From an uncultured delta proteobacterium (GTDB lineage: Bacteria; Desulfobacterota; Binatia; UBA9968), in the NCBI GenBank assembly GCA_963755715.1, contig CAVWLW010000073.1, positions 64,001-128,000 of the forward strand: DNA of 64,000 nt. Reading direction: 5' to 3'. The first letter of the stretch is position 1. Each line of letters opens with the position of its first letter. The translations under genes and the position numbers were made by a program. Under the pieces are notes generated by a model that saw only the letters and a list, made by a program, of their open reading frames with translations, was not told where the DNA came from and made no database searches. Positions 1 to 11,237 of this stretch are shown here, in pieces.

Positions 1-972
1 CTGCAGGATCGTTGGGCTTACCGGTCCCGGGTAGACGACCGGTTCTTTGGGCTCTCCGAGACGCAGGTGTCGCGCTTGTTCGAAAGCGCCGATGCGTTAG
101 TTAACTTGACCGGCTCGACGCAGCTCTTCGAAGAGCACGCTCGCGTCCCGGTACGTATTTATCTTGAGACTGATCCCGTCACACGCCAGATTGAGTTGGT
201 TCAAGGTGATCGCAAGGCAATCGACCTACTCGAAGCTCACACGCATTATTTCACCTATGGCGAAAACTTCGGGGCGCCGGATTGCAGTGTGCCCTTAACC
301 CGGTTCAATTACCAGCCAACGCGCCAGCCCATTGTTCTAGATTGGTGGACACATGACGCACGGTTAGGATCGGAGCTAAACGATCAGCCCAACGTTCGGG
401 CCTGTTTCACGACGATAGCGAAGTGGCGACAACCGGGCAAAGATATCGAGTGGAACGGAGAGACTTATTCCTGGAGCAAGCATGTCGAGTTTCTAAAATT
501 CATTGATCTGCCACGTCGTAGCGGACAAGAGTTCGAGCTCGCCTTGGCATGGGAAGACGAGAAAGACGAAGAGGCGATTCCCCAATTGACATCGCATGGG
601 TGGAGAGTCATCGACGCAATCTCGCTGTCATTAAACATCGCGCCTTATCGCGAATATATCCTCGGCTCACGGGGCGAGTTTACCGTCGCCAAGGACCAAA
701 ACATTCGCCTTCGAAGCGGCTGGTTTAGTGACCGAAGCGCTTGCTACTTAGCCGCGGGAAAACCCGTCGTGACTCAGGACACCGCCTTCGGTAACATCCT
801 GCCAATCGGCCGCGGGCTTTTTGCTTTTCGGAATATGGAGGACATCCTGACGGCAATCGACACGATTGAGAGCGATTATGAACAACACTGCCGGGCTGCA
901 CGTGAGATTGCGGAGGAGTATTTCGCCGCAGAGAACGTGCTGCGCAGTCTAATTGAGCGAGTCGGTCTGTGA
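1..972 (+). CDS. Glycosyltransferase-like protein (GT-B fold, CgeB/GT1-like), 5' truncated by the window edge
   Basis: Frame is open from base 1 (LQDRWAYRSRVDDRFFG...). C-terminal motif GWFSDRSACYLAAGKPVVTQDTAF; paralog of the next gene. Confidence 0.75.
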   Translation: MQDRWAYRSRVDDRFFGLSETQVSRLFESADALVNLTGSTQLFEEHARVPVRIYLETDPVTRQIELVQGDRKAIDLLEAHTHYFTYGENFGAPDCSVPLTRFNYQPTRQPIVLDWWTHDARLGSELNDQPNVRACFTTIAKWRQPGKDIEWNGETYSWSKHVEFLKFIDLPRRSGQEFELALAWEDEKDEEAIPQLTSHGWRVIDAISLSLNIAPYREYILGSRGEFTVAKDQNIRLRSGWFSDRSACYLAAGKPVVTQDTAFGNILPIGRGLFAFRNMEDILTAIDTIESDYEQHCRAAREIAEEYFAAENVLRSLIERVGL

Positions 973-1179
973 GAAAGCGCGAATTGGTGTCATCGCTGGA
1001 GTTTTTAACGTTAGAACCGGGCTATGAGAGAGACTAACTAATCGCGCTTTACATTTCGACTCGCGATTAATGGGCGGACAAGTTGTCAGCTCATCTTGTT
1101 GGACTAAAAAGTGACGGTGTTGATGATTCTATATGAGCAAGTTTCGCCAAGCACTGAATTCGCTGCCTGCTTTTGAAAA

Positions 1180-2399
1180 ATGACGGCTTCTTCTTTGCGT
1201 GTGATCGTCACAGGTTTCATTGGTCACCAGCGTTTGCTGGGGGGCGTCGCCTGGGACTACTTGAATGTAGTACTGGGCATGAAGCGGCTTGGACACGATG
1301 TCTATTACATAGAGGATTCAGGATGCTGGCCCTACAACGACGTTGATGGTCCGTCAGGAGGCGACTGGACAGATTGGAACCCGCAACCGACTGTCGAGCA
1401 TCTCAGCAAGGTCATGTCAGCTTTCGACCTTGATCATAAATGGGCTTATCAGTTTCCGCCTAAGTCTGAATGGTTTGGGCTTTCGAGTATGGATCGAAAA
1501 GAAGTCATTGAATCGGCCGACCTGCTTATCAATGTATCCGGAACTCTCGAAAAGCCGTGGGATTATCGAACAGTAAAGAGATTAATTTATATCGATACGG
1601 ATCCAGTATTTTGTCAAATAGGAGCGGAAACCGGCGCCGATTCAAGGATAATGAGAGCAACGTTTAGATGCGCACGATGTATTTTTTACACTTGGTGAAT
1701 GCTTGAGTTCTAACGACGCAATTCCAAACCTAGACTACAAGTGGAATACCACAAAATATCCTATCGTTCTCGACCAGTGGCGTGATGACTCAGCTGACCG
1801 GAAATGGATTTACAACAATAATGAATTGGACAAGCTATGATTCGCTTACTTACCATAATAAGCGCTATGGGCAAAAAGATGCTGAATTCATGAAGTTCAT
1901 AGAACTGCCGCAGAAAGTCTTCCCTACCCCGCTTGAAGTCGCCCTATATAAACCCAGAGTGAAGAGTTCACGCAATTTTGCGGTTTCAGCACCTCTCGAT
2001 CTTCTAGAATCATCAGGATGGAAGATTGTTGATGCTTCGGAGGTTTGTCCCGATTTCTATACTTATCGTCGATATATTCACCAATCAAAAGCGGAATGGA
2101 GTGTGGCCAAAGGTGGCTATGTCGTAGGGAGATCGGGTTGGTTCAGCTGTCGATCAGCCTGCTATCTCGCTGCCGGTCGTCCCGTGGTTGTCCAAGATAC
2201 CGGCTTCAGCAAAGTGTTACCGGTCGGCGAAGGCGTAATCGGTTTCAGCACATTTGATGAAGCTGAAGCCGGCATTCGCGAGGTCGAAGCAAACTATCAA
2301 CGGCACGCGAAAGCCGCGCAAGATATCGCCGAAGCGTATTTCGACTCAGACAAGGTGTTAAACCGCCTGCTGGAGATAGCTATGGATCACAAGGGATAG
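1180..2399 (+). CDS. Glycosyltransferase-like protein, paralog of the preceding gene (frameshifted at ~1660-1790)
   Basis: ORFs 1180..1698 (GGVAWDYLNVVLGMKRLGHDVYYIED) and 1782..2399 (GWFSCRSACYLAAGRPVVVQDTGF) form one protein matching the upstream paralog. Confidence 0.7.
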
Positions 2400-3329
2400 G
2401 TGATAAAGGCGGCGTTTTTGTTGCCGGACTGGTGCAAAGTACGCGAAATACTCGGAGGCTTTATGCTCGTACCGGATCGCATGGCCAAATTGTGGCAAAG
2501 TGTAGAAGCAGGACAAATGAGTCCTGAAGATTGCGTAAGCGAACAAGAAGTGTTGTTGGAGCCTTACCGCGCAGAATGGACAAAGGCGCAATTGTGTAAC
2601 GGGGAGACGGACCTCCGAGCCAGCCTGCTAAAAGAAGTAGCCGCCTACTATCACGTTTCGGATCTCGCCGAGATTGATCGCGTCGTGTGATTCGGCGGTC
2701 GACACATTAAAGTCTGAGTGGGAAAAAACGGTCGACTCTCGGCAGCGCTCCAGCGTAGAGAGTTTCTACGAAACCAAGACGCACATCTACGATCTAATGA
2801 ATTGGCATACGCTGAGGGACGACAGCGGACCCTTGGCGTACGTCGTGGCCCTGCAGATCGCGCGCGCCCACAGCGTCCGCAGCTGCCTGGACTTCGGTTC
2901 CGGTGTGGGATCCGGAGGGCTGTTATTCTCCCGCGCCGATATCGACACGACACTGGCGGACATTTCCACTACGCTTCTTGATTTCGCGCGGTGGCGCTTT
3001 GACCGACGGCGGCTCCCCGCGCGCTTTGTGGATTTGAAAGATACGTCCTTGCCGGAGTCTAGCTTCGATATGATTCTGGCTATGGACGTGTTCGAGCATC
3101 TGGTCGAGCCGGTAGAAGTAATCCGAGCGACTTTGGCGTGCCTATGAAACCAGGCGGGCTATTGTTTGCACGAATTCACGCAGCGGTAGACCCGAGCCAT
3201 CCGCAACACATTGTGGAGGACTTCGGCCCAACCTTTGCCAGGATGGAACAGCTGGGTTTCATGGAGAAATGGCGTGATCGAGCATTGTGGGGGCATTTAC
3301 TTTTCCAAAAGTGCGGTTCACCGAATTGA
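2400..3329 (+). CDS. Class I SAM-dependent methyltransferase (frameshifts near 2680 and 3130)
   Basis: Motif I LDFGSGVG and FDMILAMDVFEHL across three consecutive ORF pieces. Likely start is ATG 2463 after GGAGG. Confidence 0.7.
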
Positions 3330-3541
3330 GCAATGGGCGTAGGTTGTGAACTCGTCAGCTAGAGTCTTGTTGGTATTGTTTGCAACGTCGGAACTTGGCT
3401 GTCGATTTCAAAGAACAAGACACTGAAAAAATGCGTGAAGGTAATTACGAAACCCGATGCAAATCTACGCGACTGAGCGATCCGCAGGCTTCGCCACGGA
3501 TCGGGATTCGTTTGCGGTTGAACTTCTACAGGATAAACAAC

Positions 3542-4230
3542 ATGTCCAAACAAAACCTGAAAGTGAAAGAAAACTGGCGCCACTGGACGCCCGAGCTAGC
3601 CAAGATTTTCTTGCGGTCGGGTCCGGAAGGAAAGAGTCATCCGTCCCGGGTGCGAGTCCTTAGCTTGCTCGAAGGTCTGTCATCCGTTCTCGACGTTGGC
3701 TGTGGTAATGGCGTCATGTTTGAAATGATCCGCGAGAGAAGGCTTGATCTGGACTATCTCGGAATTGATGTAACCGAAAACTTTTGCAGGTGGCACGCCA
3801 GCTGTTTCCAGCTGACGCTCATCGGTTCCGGCAAATGTCACTGTATGACTTAAAGAAATTGCGGCGCAAGTTTGACGCGGTCGTGTGCCGTCACGTGCTT
3901 GAGCATTTACCGGATTACGTCCCCGCAGTTCAGCACCTGTATTCCTGCGCTAGGAAAAAACTGATTCTTGTATTTTTTCTACCTCCTCAGCCTCTTTCGT
4001 CTGGTCGCAAGCGAGACGGGAAGTTTGAGCGTGATTTTTATAATCATACCTACGACCTAGGAAAATTCGTTAATCATCTTTCAACCGAGCTTTCGCCCCC
4101 GCCTAGCGAGATTCGAATCCATCTTCGACAGGGAAAGAGCGATTCCAGGATGCCTTGGGCAGATCGCCAAAACGTCATTTACGAAGTGATTCGGCCGACC
4201 AAGAAAGGGCCTCTGACAACGTTGAAATGA
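3542..4230 (+). CDS. Class I SAM-dependent methyltransferase (frameshift ~3780)
   Basis: VLDVGCGNG in the first piece, FDAVVCRHVLEHL in the second. Confidence 0.75.
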
Positions 4231-4333
4231 AGGGAGTCGGCAGTCGCTACAGAAACGAAATTGTTTAGACGCGTTGGCCGCTAGATACTGCGGTCTACGG
4301 CTAGTCTCTGTGACTAATACGTTTAAGTGCTTG

Positions 4334-5491
4334 ATGACCGAGATCAAGACTCAAAATGACCGAGCCCATTATATGCCCCAGCTTGATGGCCTGCGGGCGT
4401 TCGCCGTTGGCGCTGTGCTGATTCATCACTTTTTTCAGCCAGCAAGGATTGCCGGCGTGGACCTTGCCCTTCTGGGCGTTTGGCTTTTCTTCGTTCTAAG
4501 CGGCTTCTTGATAACGGGAATCTTGTTACGATCACGGGATCAAGTGGACTATGGTGGCTCTCCGAGCGGTTTCGTCCTCCGACAATTTTATCTCCGCCGC
4601 TTCCTACGCATTTTCCCCTTGTACTATTCGGTACTCTTTATGGCGGCAACGATTGATCTGGGCGACGTGCGTGACACGATCTTCTGGCATTTAACTTACC
4701 TATCAAACTATCTTTTTGCGACGCGCCAGTATTGGGGGCCAATGACCGCCCACTTCTGGTCATTATCAGTCGAGGAGCAGTTTTATATCTTGTGGCCTGC
4801 GCTGATTTTGTTTGCTCCGCGTCGACTTCTGCTGAAACTTGTCATCTCCGCGATCGCTATCGGCCCAATCTTCCGAGTGGCTGCCCATTTTCTTGACTTT
4901 AACTGGATTGCACGGCTGACCGTTTTACCGGCGTCCCTCGATGCTCTCGGGCTTGGGGCCCTATTAGCCTACTGTTCACATCATGCGGGCGAGAGACCGA
5001 TACTGATCAAACGTCTTAAGCAAGGCATCTATTGGCTAGGCGTCCCCGGCTTAATCGTGCTTCTTGGCCTGCAAAAACTAGAAAACTATAACCTAGTCAG
5101 TGATGTGACGGTGAATTCGTGGTTCATTGAACCCGTGCTTTGGGCACTGATGTTTGTCTGGGTGATCAATCGCGCCTCATTGGGATTTACCGGCGTCGGA
5201 GCCAAAATTCTCGAGTTCAAGCCGCTGGCGTACACAGGCAAGATAAGTTACGGAATTTATGTCTACCACCCATTCGTATATGCGCTTCTCCCTATTCTGT
5301 TCTACAGGACAGGCGTCGATTTTTTTCTTCTGCCGCGACTGCTGCAGTTCGGGCTGCTTGTTGGAACTACAGTGGGAATGGCCGCGCTGTCGTGGTACTT
5401 CCTTGAAAGCCCAATCAACTCCCTGAAGAATCATTTTACTTATGCTGAGCAGAACGCACGCAGCGGGATCCAACGGCTCAAAGCAGTTTGA
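4334..5491 (+). CDS. Acyltransferase family 3 (OafA/YrhL-like) membrane O-acyltransferase
   Basis: LDGLRAFAV, FFVLSGFLIT, RRFLRIFPLYY, HFWSLSVEEQFY and ISYGIYVYH signature motifs. Confidence 0.92.
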   Translation: MTEIKTQNDRAHYMPQLDGLRAFAVGAVLIHHFFQPARIAGVDLALLGVWLFFVLSGFLITGILLRSRDQVDYGGSPSGFVLRQFYLRRFLRIFPLYYSVLFMAATIDLGDVRDTIFWHLTYLSNYLFATRQYWGPMTAHFWSLSVEEQFYILWPALILFAPRRLLLKLVISAIAIGPIFRVAAHFLDFNWIARLTVLPASLDALGLGALLAYCSHHAGERPILIKRLKQGIYWLGVPGLIVLLGLQKLENYNLVSDVTVNSWFIEPVLWALMFVWVINRASLGFTGVGAKILEFKPLAYTGKISYGIYVYHPFVYALLPILFYRTGVDFFLLPRLLQFGLLVGTTVGMAALSWYFLESPINSLKNHFTYAEQNARSGIQRLKAV

Positions 5492-7139
5492 CTGTGATTC
5501 CCTCACGTACCCAGGCAGCCGCTCTTTATCTTTATTAAAGACTTTGGCTCCAGGTGCAGTTCTGCTTTTCATATACTCCTCCGCCATTTTTTTGCTTCAT
5601 CCTTTGCCTAACCTCCCTTTTCACGATGACTGGACTTACGCTTGGAGCGTTGAACATTTTCTAAACACGGGTGAACTCCAGGTTCTTGACTGGTCCGTTC
5701 ACTATCCATTCGTGCAAATTCTTTGGGGCGCCTTGTTTTGCCTACCTTTCGGGTTTTCATTTTCTGCTCTTAGAGTTTCCACAGTGGTGCTCGCGTGGGT
5801 TGGGGCCGTGGCCTTATATGGTACGTTGCGCGAGTTGGGACGGGCTCGCAGCGAGAGTCTTATTGCCACTGTTGTCCTTGTTGCCAATCCTGTGTTTTTT
5901 GTCCTGGGCTTCTCCTTCATGACGGATGTCCCGTTTGTCAGCTTCGCCAGCGTGGCATTTTTCTTCGTCACCCGGGGACTTTCCCGGAAAAGCCCTTCTC
6001 AAATCTATCTCGGGTGCATTTTTGCGGCGTGTGCCCTCTTCATAAGACAAATAGCCGTTGCGATACCAGCCAGCCTACTGCTTTATTTTCTTTTTACGCC
6101 ATCTCACAGGTCGTGGAGATATCTTTTACCCACCAGTGGAATTTGTTTACTGTTCTTCCTTGCCCCTATTTTAATTGCTCAAATCTTTGGTGTGACGTCC
6201 GCGTCTAAATCGCTGACGACTTGGGTGATCGATTTTTGGCTTCATCGTTATACCCAAGCAGTGCCCGGCCTACTGCGAATCTTCATCCATACCGGCCTTG
6301 CCCTTTTCCCTCTGAGCATGCCTATAGTCGCCTCTGTCTATAGGCGTCCTTTGTTTTGGGTTGTTGTTGCCGCTTTATCTATTCTAACGGCCTGCTCGAT
6401 TTTGATTGCGGGTGAAATTCCCAATGTGCAAGATGGCATGTGGCAGTTGAATACCCTCGGCAGAGAACGTCACTTATTGCAGGGCTCGCCAGCTCGTGAT
6501 TTCTTGCCTCCGTGGTTGAATCCTCCTCTTTTCGTACTTTCGCTTTTTTCTTCTGCGGTGGTTATTGTGAAAGTGGTCGATGTGATCCTTGCCGGTATTG
6601 GAAATCCACTTGGCCTTTTCGTTTTGTACGGGTCCATTCAGTTTGCCCTAATCATGGTTCTCTGGTTCTTTGGTCCATGGGGTTCTGATCGGTACTCTAT
6701 GGTCCTATTCCCGCCTCTGATCATCATACTTACGAATAGCCAGATAAAAGCAAAGGTGGTGGCGCTCGCAGGTGTCACCGTTCTGTTTGCTTTATCGATG
6801 CTCGTAACTTGGAACGAGACCCAAACTAGTCGCGCTATCGCTCAAGGGGTAGCATGGCTGCGCGCAAGGAATATTCCTTTTGCCAGTATTGATGCAGGAT
6901 ACGTGTTCAACGGCTGGAACCTTTATGCCCATTCCGAAAATCTACCGCCTGGAGCTATACCTGGCAGAGATGTTCCTTTGGTCACATCAGCGGAGAAGAA
7001 ACCTTATGTGGTCGCAGCTTCTCCTATAGCGGGCTATAGAGTAATTCATGAATATAGCTGGGCAATTCCACTCACATCTTTCAAGCCTAAAGTTTACGTA
7101 GTAGAGCAGCTATCTCAAACGTCGAAGAACAAAGACTAA
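5442..7139 (+). CDS. GT-C fold (ArnT/PMT, GT39-like) membrane glycosyltransferase
   Basis: PFHDDWTYAWSV acidic motif after TM1, SFMTDVPF, many TM segments. True start may lie slightly downstream. Confidence 0.75.
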   Translation: MLSRTHAAGSNGSKQFDCDSLTYPGSRSLSLLKTLAPGAVLLFIYSSAIFLLHPLPNLPFHDDWTYAWSVEHFLNTGELQVLDWSVHYPFVQILWGALFCLPFGFSFSALRVSTVVLAWVGAVALYGTLRELGRARSESLIATVVLVANPVFFVLGFSFMTDVPFVSFASVAFFFVTRGLSRKSPSQIYLGCIFAACALFIRQIAVAIPASLLLYFLFTPSHRSWRYLLPTSGICLLFFLAPILIAQIFGVTSASKSLTTWVIDFWLHRYTQAVPGLLRIFIHTGLALFPLSMPIVASVYRRPLFWVVVAALSILTACSILIAGEIPNVQDGMWQLNTLGRERHLLQGSPARDFLPPWLNPPLFVLSLFSSAVVIVKVVDVILAGIGNPLGLFVLYGSIQFALIMVLWFFGPWGSDRYSMVLFPPLIIILTNSQIKAKVVALAGVTVLFALSMLVTWNETQTSRAIAQGVAWLRARNIPFASIDAGYVFNGWNLYAHSENLPPGAIPGRDVPLVTSAEKKPYVVAASPIAGYRVIHEYSWAIPLTSFKPKVYVVEQLSQTSKNKD

Positions 7140-7222
7140 CCTCCGTAGGCAACTGTGCTTGGTTGCAGCAAATCACAGTATAGCCGTAAACTTTTTTCTG
7201 CCGTTGGCACCTGAGCAGTTTG

Positions 7223-8900
7223 ATGTCGAGAAATAAACTTACGCTGCTCGGAGCGCTATTTCTTCTCCTCGTTTTTGTCGCGCAGGGAATTTTATTCATC
7301 CAAGCCAACTCTCAAACTGTCGATGAGGCCATGCATCTCGCAGCAGGCTATTCTTATCTTGCGAAAAAAGACTTTCGTATCGAGCCGCAAAATCCGCCCC
7401 TCATTAAGGAACTTCTAGCTCTTCCACTTTTTCTCAGTTACAGACTGCCTTTCAATCCAGATCCTCAACATTGGCGCGACAGCAGATGGTTACTTGATCG
7501 GACGGGACTTACTTTACAACTCGACGCCCAGTGCGGATCGAATGCTTGCTTTGACTCGGTTCCCTAATTTATTTCTCGGCACCATCCTGGTAGCGCTCAT
7601 CGGATGGTGGGCCTACCGCCTTTGGGGCAGTCGGGCAGCCTTGCTGGCCATGGCGCTTGCGTCTTTCGAACCCAATCTCGTTGCCCATTCCTCTCTCGTG
7701 ACCACCGATATCGGAGTCACTTTGTTCATTTTTCTTACCGTCTATCTTTTCTGGGAATATGTGAATCGACCCACATGGACGTTTTTGGTCGGTACCGGCA
7801 TTTCGACAGGTATGGCCCTGGTTGCCAAATATTCAGCCGTTCTGGTCATCCCGATAATTGCTCTGCATCGTTGCTGCTTCTTTTTTGACTGGCAGCAAGC
7901 CTGCTGTTCCGTTGCCCAAAACGTGGAACCCAAATAAACCACGACACAAACTTCTCCAAGCGGCGGCGGTTCTTTCGCTTATACTTTTTGTTGCATTGCT
8001 GACGATTCCTCCAGCCTACTTGTTTCAAGGATTCCAGCCCTGGTTATCCGGCTTTCATCAATTTCTGACTTTGTCACAGGAAGGCTTACCGGCCTTTTTC
8101 TTTGGCGAATATTCTTGGCACAACTGGTGGGGCTATTTCCCGCTCGCCTTTCTCATCAAGACACCCGTGGGCAGCCTGGTGCTCGTCACTATCTCGCTTG
8201 TTTTCTACCGCACCGGGAGTCCTCTCGGATACCGCCAAGCATTATTTCTTGTGCTACCGGTTACCCTAATCTTTCTCGCCATGACGCAGGCGAAGACGAA
8301 TATCGGCCTGCGTCATATTCTTCCCGTTTATCCGTTTCTCTTCGTCCTGGCCTCGCGTACGGCGACCCTTCGCTTTCGCCGCCCTTCGCTCGCGCTGTTA
8401 CTGATTGGGATCCCGCTCGCCTGCACGGCTATATCGTCGTTGCGCATCGCGCCGCATCAGCTTGCGTATTTCAACGAATCGGTCGGCGGTCCGGAGCAGG
8501 GTTACCGTTACTTAAGCGATTCCAATCTGGATTGGGGCCAAGATCTAAAAGGACTGAAGGCGTACATGGAAAGGAAAAGCTTCCGATTATCTATCTGTCC
8601 TATTTCGGAACGGCACCGCCGGCGTATTACGGCATTCGCTACCAAGATGTCGCTAGTAAAGGCACCCTAGGACCGCCCCCGCCTGAGAAGGTTCCGGCCG
8701 ATGCACCGCGCAAGATCCTTGCGATCAGCGCTTACAATTTGCAAGACGTTTCGAAAGCCGACAATCCGCTGTTTCGGTGGCTCTGGACGCGACGACCGAT
8801 AGCAAAGATCGGCTACTCGATTTTTGTCTACGATCTGACCAATGATCAAGAAGGTATAATTAAACTGGAGGAAATTTACGTTAAACCAAGATCACCCTAA
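7223..8900 (+). CDS. GT-C fold (ArnT/PMT-like) membrane glycosyltransferase (frameshifts ~7490, ~7860, ~8570)
   Basis: TVDEAMHLAAGY, NPPLIKEL, HSSLVTTD, IGLRHILP, SDSNLDWGQDL and PIAKIGYSIFVYD motifs spread over four ORF pieces. Confidence 0.8.
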
Positions 8901-9018
8901 CGCCCAAGCTGTGGGATCAGCATTTGACCTTCTTCTTGGCGACAACCGAAACTGCTCGGCTGATAAGTCGCAAACAGCCCTTTGACGTTTGGTCGGCGGT
9001 GTGGGATGGCGGGAGAGA

Positions 9019-9768
9019 TTAACGCACCGCCTCAAAGGCCATCGATTCCCAACTGTTGATCAGCCAAAGATCCGAGCCTTCGTTGCGTGTACGAATTTCA
9101 ACCTGGCGGAAAACGGGATCGGTCTTCTCGTCAACACGGTATTCGGTGATCTGCCTGAATCCCGCCAGTTCGAAACTCTTGCGTAGCGTTGCTGGGTCGT
9201 AGAGGAACTGATGACCCCAATCACGGACTTGGCGGTTAAAGATATATGCACCGGTCACGGGACTCTCGGGCCAGCCATGGAATCGCATCTTCGCCTCCAT
9301 GAACCGCTTTGCGTCGGCATCCGGGTTTTCTCTTAATAATTGAACGAATTTTGCCAGATTTGGGGATACGATGCGCAATTTTCCACCTGGTGCAAGTACG
9401 CGATAGCACTCCTTTAGCATTGCTAGACCGCCTTCCCAAGGGACAGCCTGGATCATATGCTCGCTAAAAATGTACTGGAAGGATCCATCTGGGAATGGAA
9501 ATGGTTTGGTAGCATCGACGTAGACCTCCTCACCGGTGGGGAAAATATCGGTATTCAACCATTCCGTCGGGTCGTTACCGCCAGCTCCAAGATGCAGCTT
9601 GCGAATCGAGTGTGATTCGAGATAATCGCGAATGACTCCTGGGTCCCTGATCTCGCGCCGATAAAAGTTGTTCGCTATGTTTCGGACATTGGTTATGGCC
9701 AGTGAGGCAATGCATGCGATCATGGCCAATAAAAACCACCAGAACCAGTTTGCTTTTGTGAATTTCAT
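9019..9768 (-). CDS. SAM-dependent methyltransferase-domain protein with N-terminal TM anchor
   Basis: KLHLGAG, WLNTD, FPFPDGSFQYIFSEHMI, ECYRVLAPGG. Confidence 0.8.
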   Translation of the reverse strand: MKFTKANWFWWFLLAMIACIASLAITNVRNIANNFYRREIRDPGVIRDYLESHSIRKLHLGAGGNDPTEWLNTDIFPTGEEVYVDATKPFPFPDGSFQYIFSEHMIQAVPWEGGLAMLKECYRVLAPGGKLRIVSPNLAKFVQLLRENPDADAKRFMEAKMRFHGWPESPVTGAYIFNRQVRDWGHQFLYDPATLRKSFELAGFRQITEYRVDEKTDPVFRQVEIRTRNEGSDLWLINSWESMAFEAVR

Positions 9769-9859
9769 CGCTGCCGAAAGAAGAGAACATTTTCTGGATT
9801 GCGATACCGGCGACCACTTTACGCTGTTCTTAGGTCTAATTTAAATTCCGAGTAATCGC

Positions 9860-10849
9860 TTATTTTAAACCCAAGCATTGCGTCTTCGCCGGCCCTGCGT
9901 TCGCGTTTTCTTGATCGATGAGAAAAAGTTCGTTGGCCCGGGCGAAGCTCATGAGATAGCGTCCCATCACAAGCATCTGGGTGTTGTATTCCATCAGGCA
10001 TCTTCGCTTGTTCGCTAATTCCTGATCCGATAGGGCCAATGAGATCCATTCTGATCCCTCATCGGGAAAGCCCTCGGGAGGATTTAGCCGGGCTCCCATG
10101 CCTGCCCCACTGCCAACCGGCCACTGGCGAAAGTGAACTAAGAAATTGAGGACCTTGGGATCAAACGTCGGATAGTTCTTCCTATATGTCTTTAGGGACT
10201 TGCTAACAAAAAAGTAGGTTGAACAATGATCAGGGTGTTGATCTCTTGAATCAGCGACCGCAATAAGCGACGGATGAAAGTCCAGGAGCAATTTTTCTAT
10301 TTCTCGCTTCACGTCCTCGCCGTTAAATTCTATATTCGGCAGCAACGTATCGTCGACCTGAGGCCGATCGTCTAGCGTAAAAGGAGAGCGAAAATAGGGG
10401 CGCCTGTCAATCCAATGCTTCTGCAGGAGATTGCGTAGCCCACCATCCGGAAAGTTCAAAAAAACTACATCCTCCTTCTTCATTCCCAGAGCGCGAAGCG
10501 CTTGACGCGCTTCCTTTTTGCGCAGCTTTCCATAGTTGCGATAATCCTGTGCAGTGGGGCGAGCTATCCGGGTTTCCTTTTCGACCCCTTCGGGAAAACC
10601 GTCGCCGCTGGTCATGAACACAACTTTCACCGATCCCCCGAGGCTGAGCACCCGCTGAATAAGACCTGCGGCTGCCAGACTCTCATCGTCTGGATGCGGG
10701 GAAAAAACCATGAGTCGGGTGTTCTTAGATAGAAATGGCTCAAGACGCTGCGGTGCGTCTGCTCCGTGTGCGTAAGGAGTTGGCAACAGCGCACAAACAA
10801 GGAAACATAGCAGATATCCTCGCCATGGACTCGACCATTGATTTCTCAT
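9860..10849 (-). CDS. PIG-L/LmbE family deacetylase with signal peptide
   Basis: FSPHPDDE, VFMTSGD, LNFPDG and DQHPDH metal-binding motifs. Confidence 0.9.
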   Translation of the reverse strand: MRNQWSSPWRGYLLCFLVCALLPTPYAHGADAPQRLEPFLSKNTRLMVFSPHPDDESLAAAGLIQRVLSLGGSVKVVFMTSGDGFPEGVEKETRIARPTAQDYRNYGKLRKKEARQALRALGMKKEDVVFLNFPDGGLRNLLQKHWIDRRPYFRSPFTLDDRPQVDDTLLPNIEFNGEDVKREIEKLLLDFHPSLIAVADSRDQHPDHCSTYFFVSKSLKTYRKNYPTFDPKVLNFLVHFRQWPVGSGAGMGARLNPPEGFPDEGSEWISLALSDQELANKRRCLMEYNTQMLVMGRYLMSFARANELFLIDQENANAGPAKTQCLGLK

Positions 10850-11237
10850 TTGTTGATTTCGCCTCTCGATCCAATAAGTCTTAAAATGTCGATCTCCTGA
10901 ATAGTAGCTCCGTATATCATAATCGGCGAACCGACCAGAAATAGCGATGAATGGCTCGTTCGAGCCTCATTATGAAAGATTTTGATGCGCTCTGAACAGG
11001 CGAGCGTCAAGCTCATGCCGCTAGCGAGTTGGATCACCGGGCTCGGGTAACGTACCAGAATTTAAAATGGTGGATTTAACAACTGGGCTCAATCGCCTGC
11101 GGCTGTATGCATAATCATAATAAAGTTGCGCGCAGAGTCAATTCGGAAAGCATGATAAAAGATCCAACCGGCATACCGTTCCGAAGGAATTCAGTACCGC
11201 ACTGAAGATCGTAAGAATCGTAATATTTCGATAACGA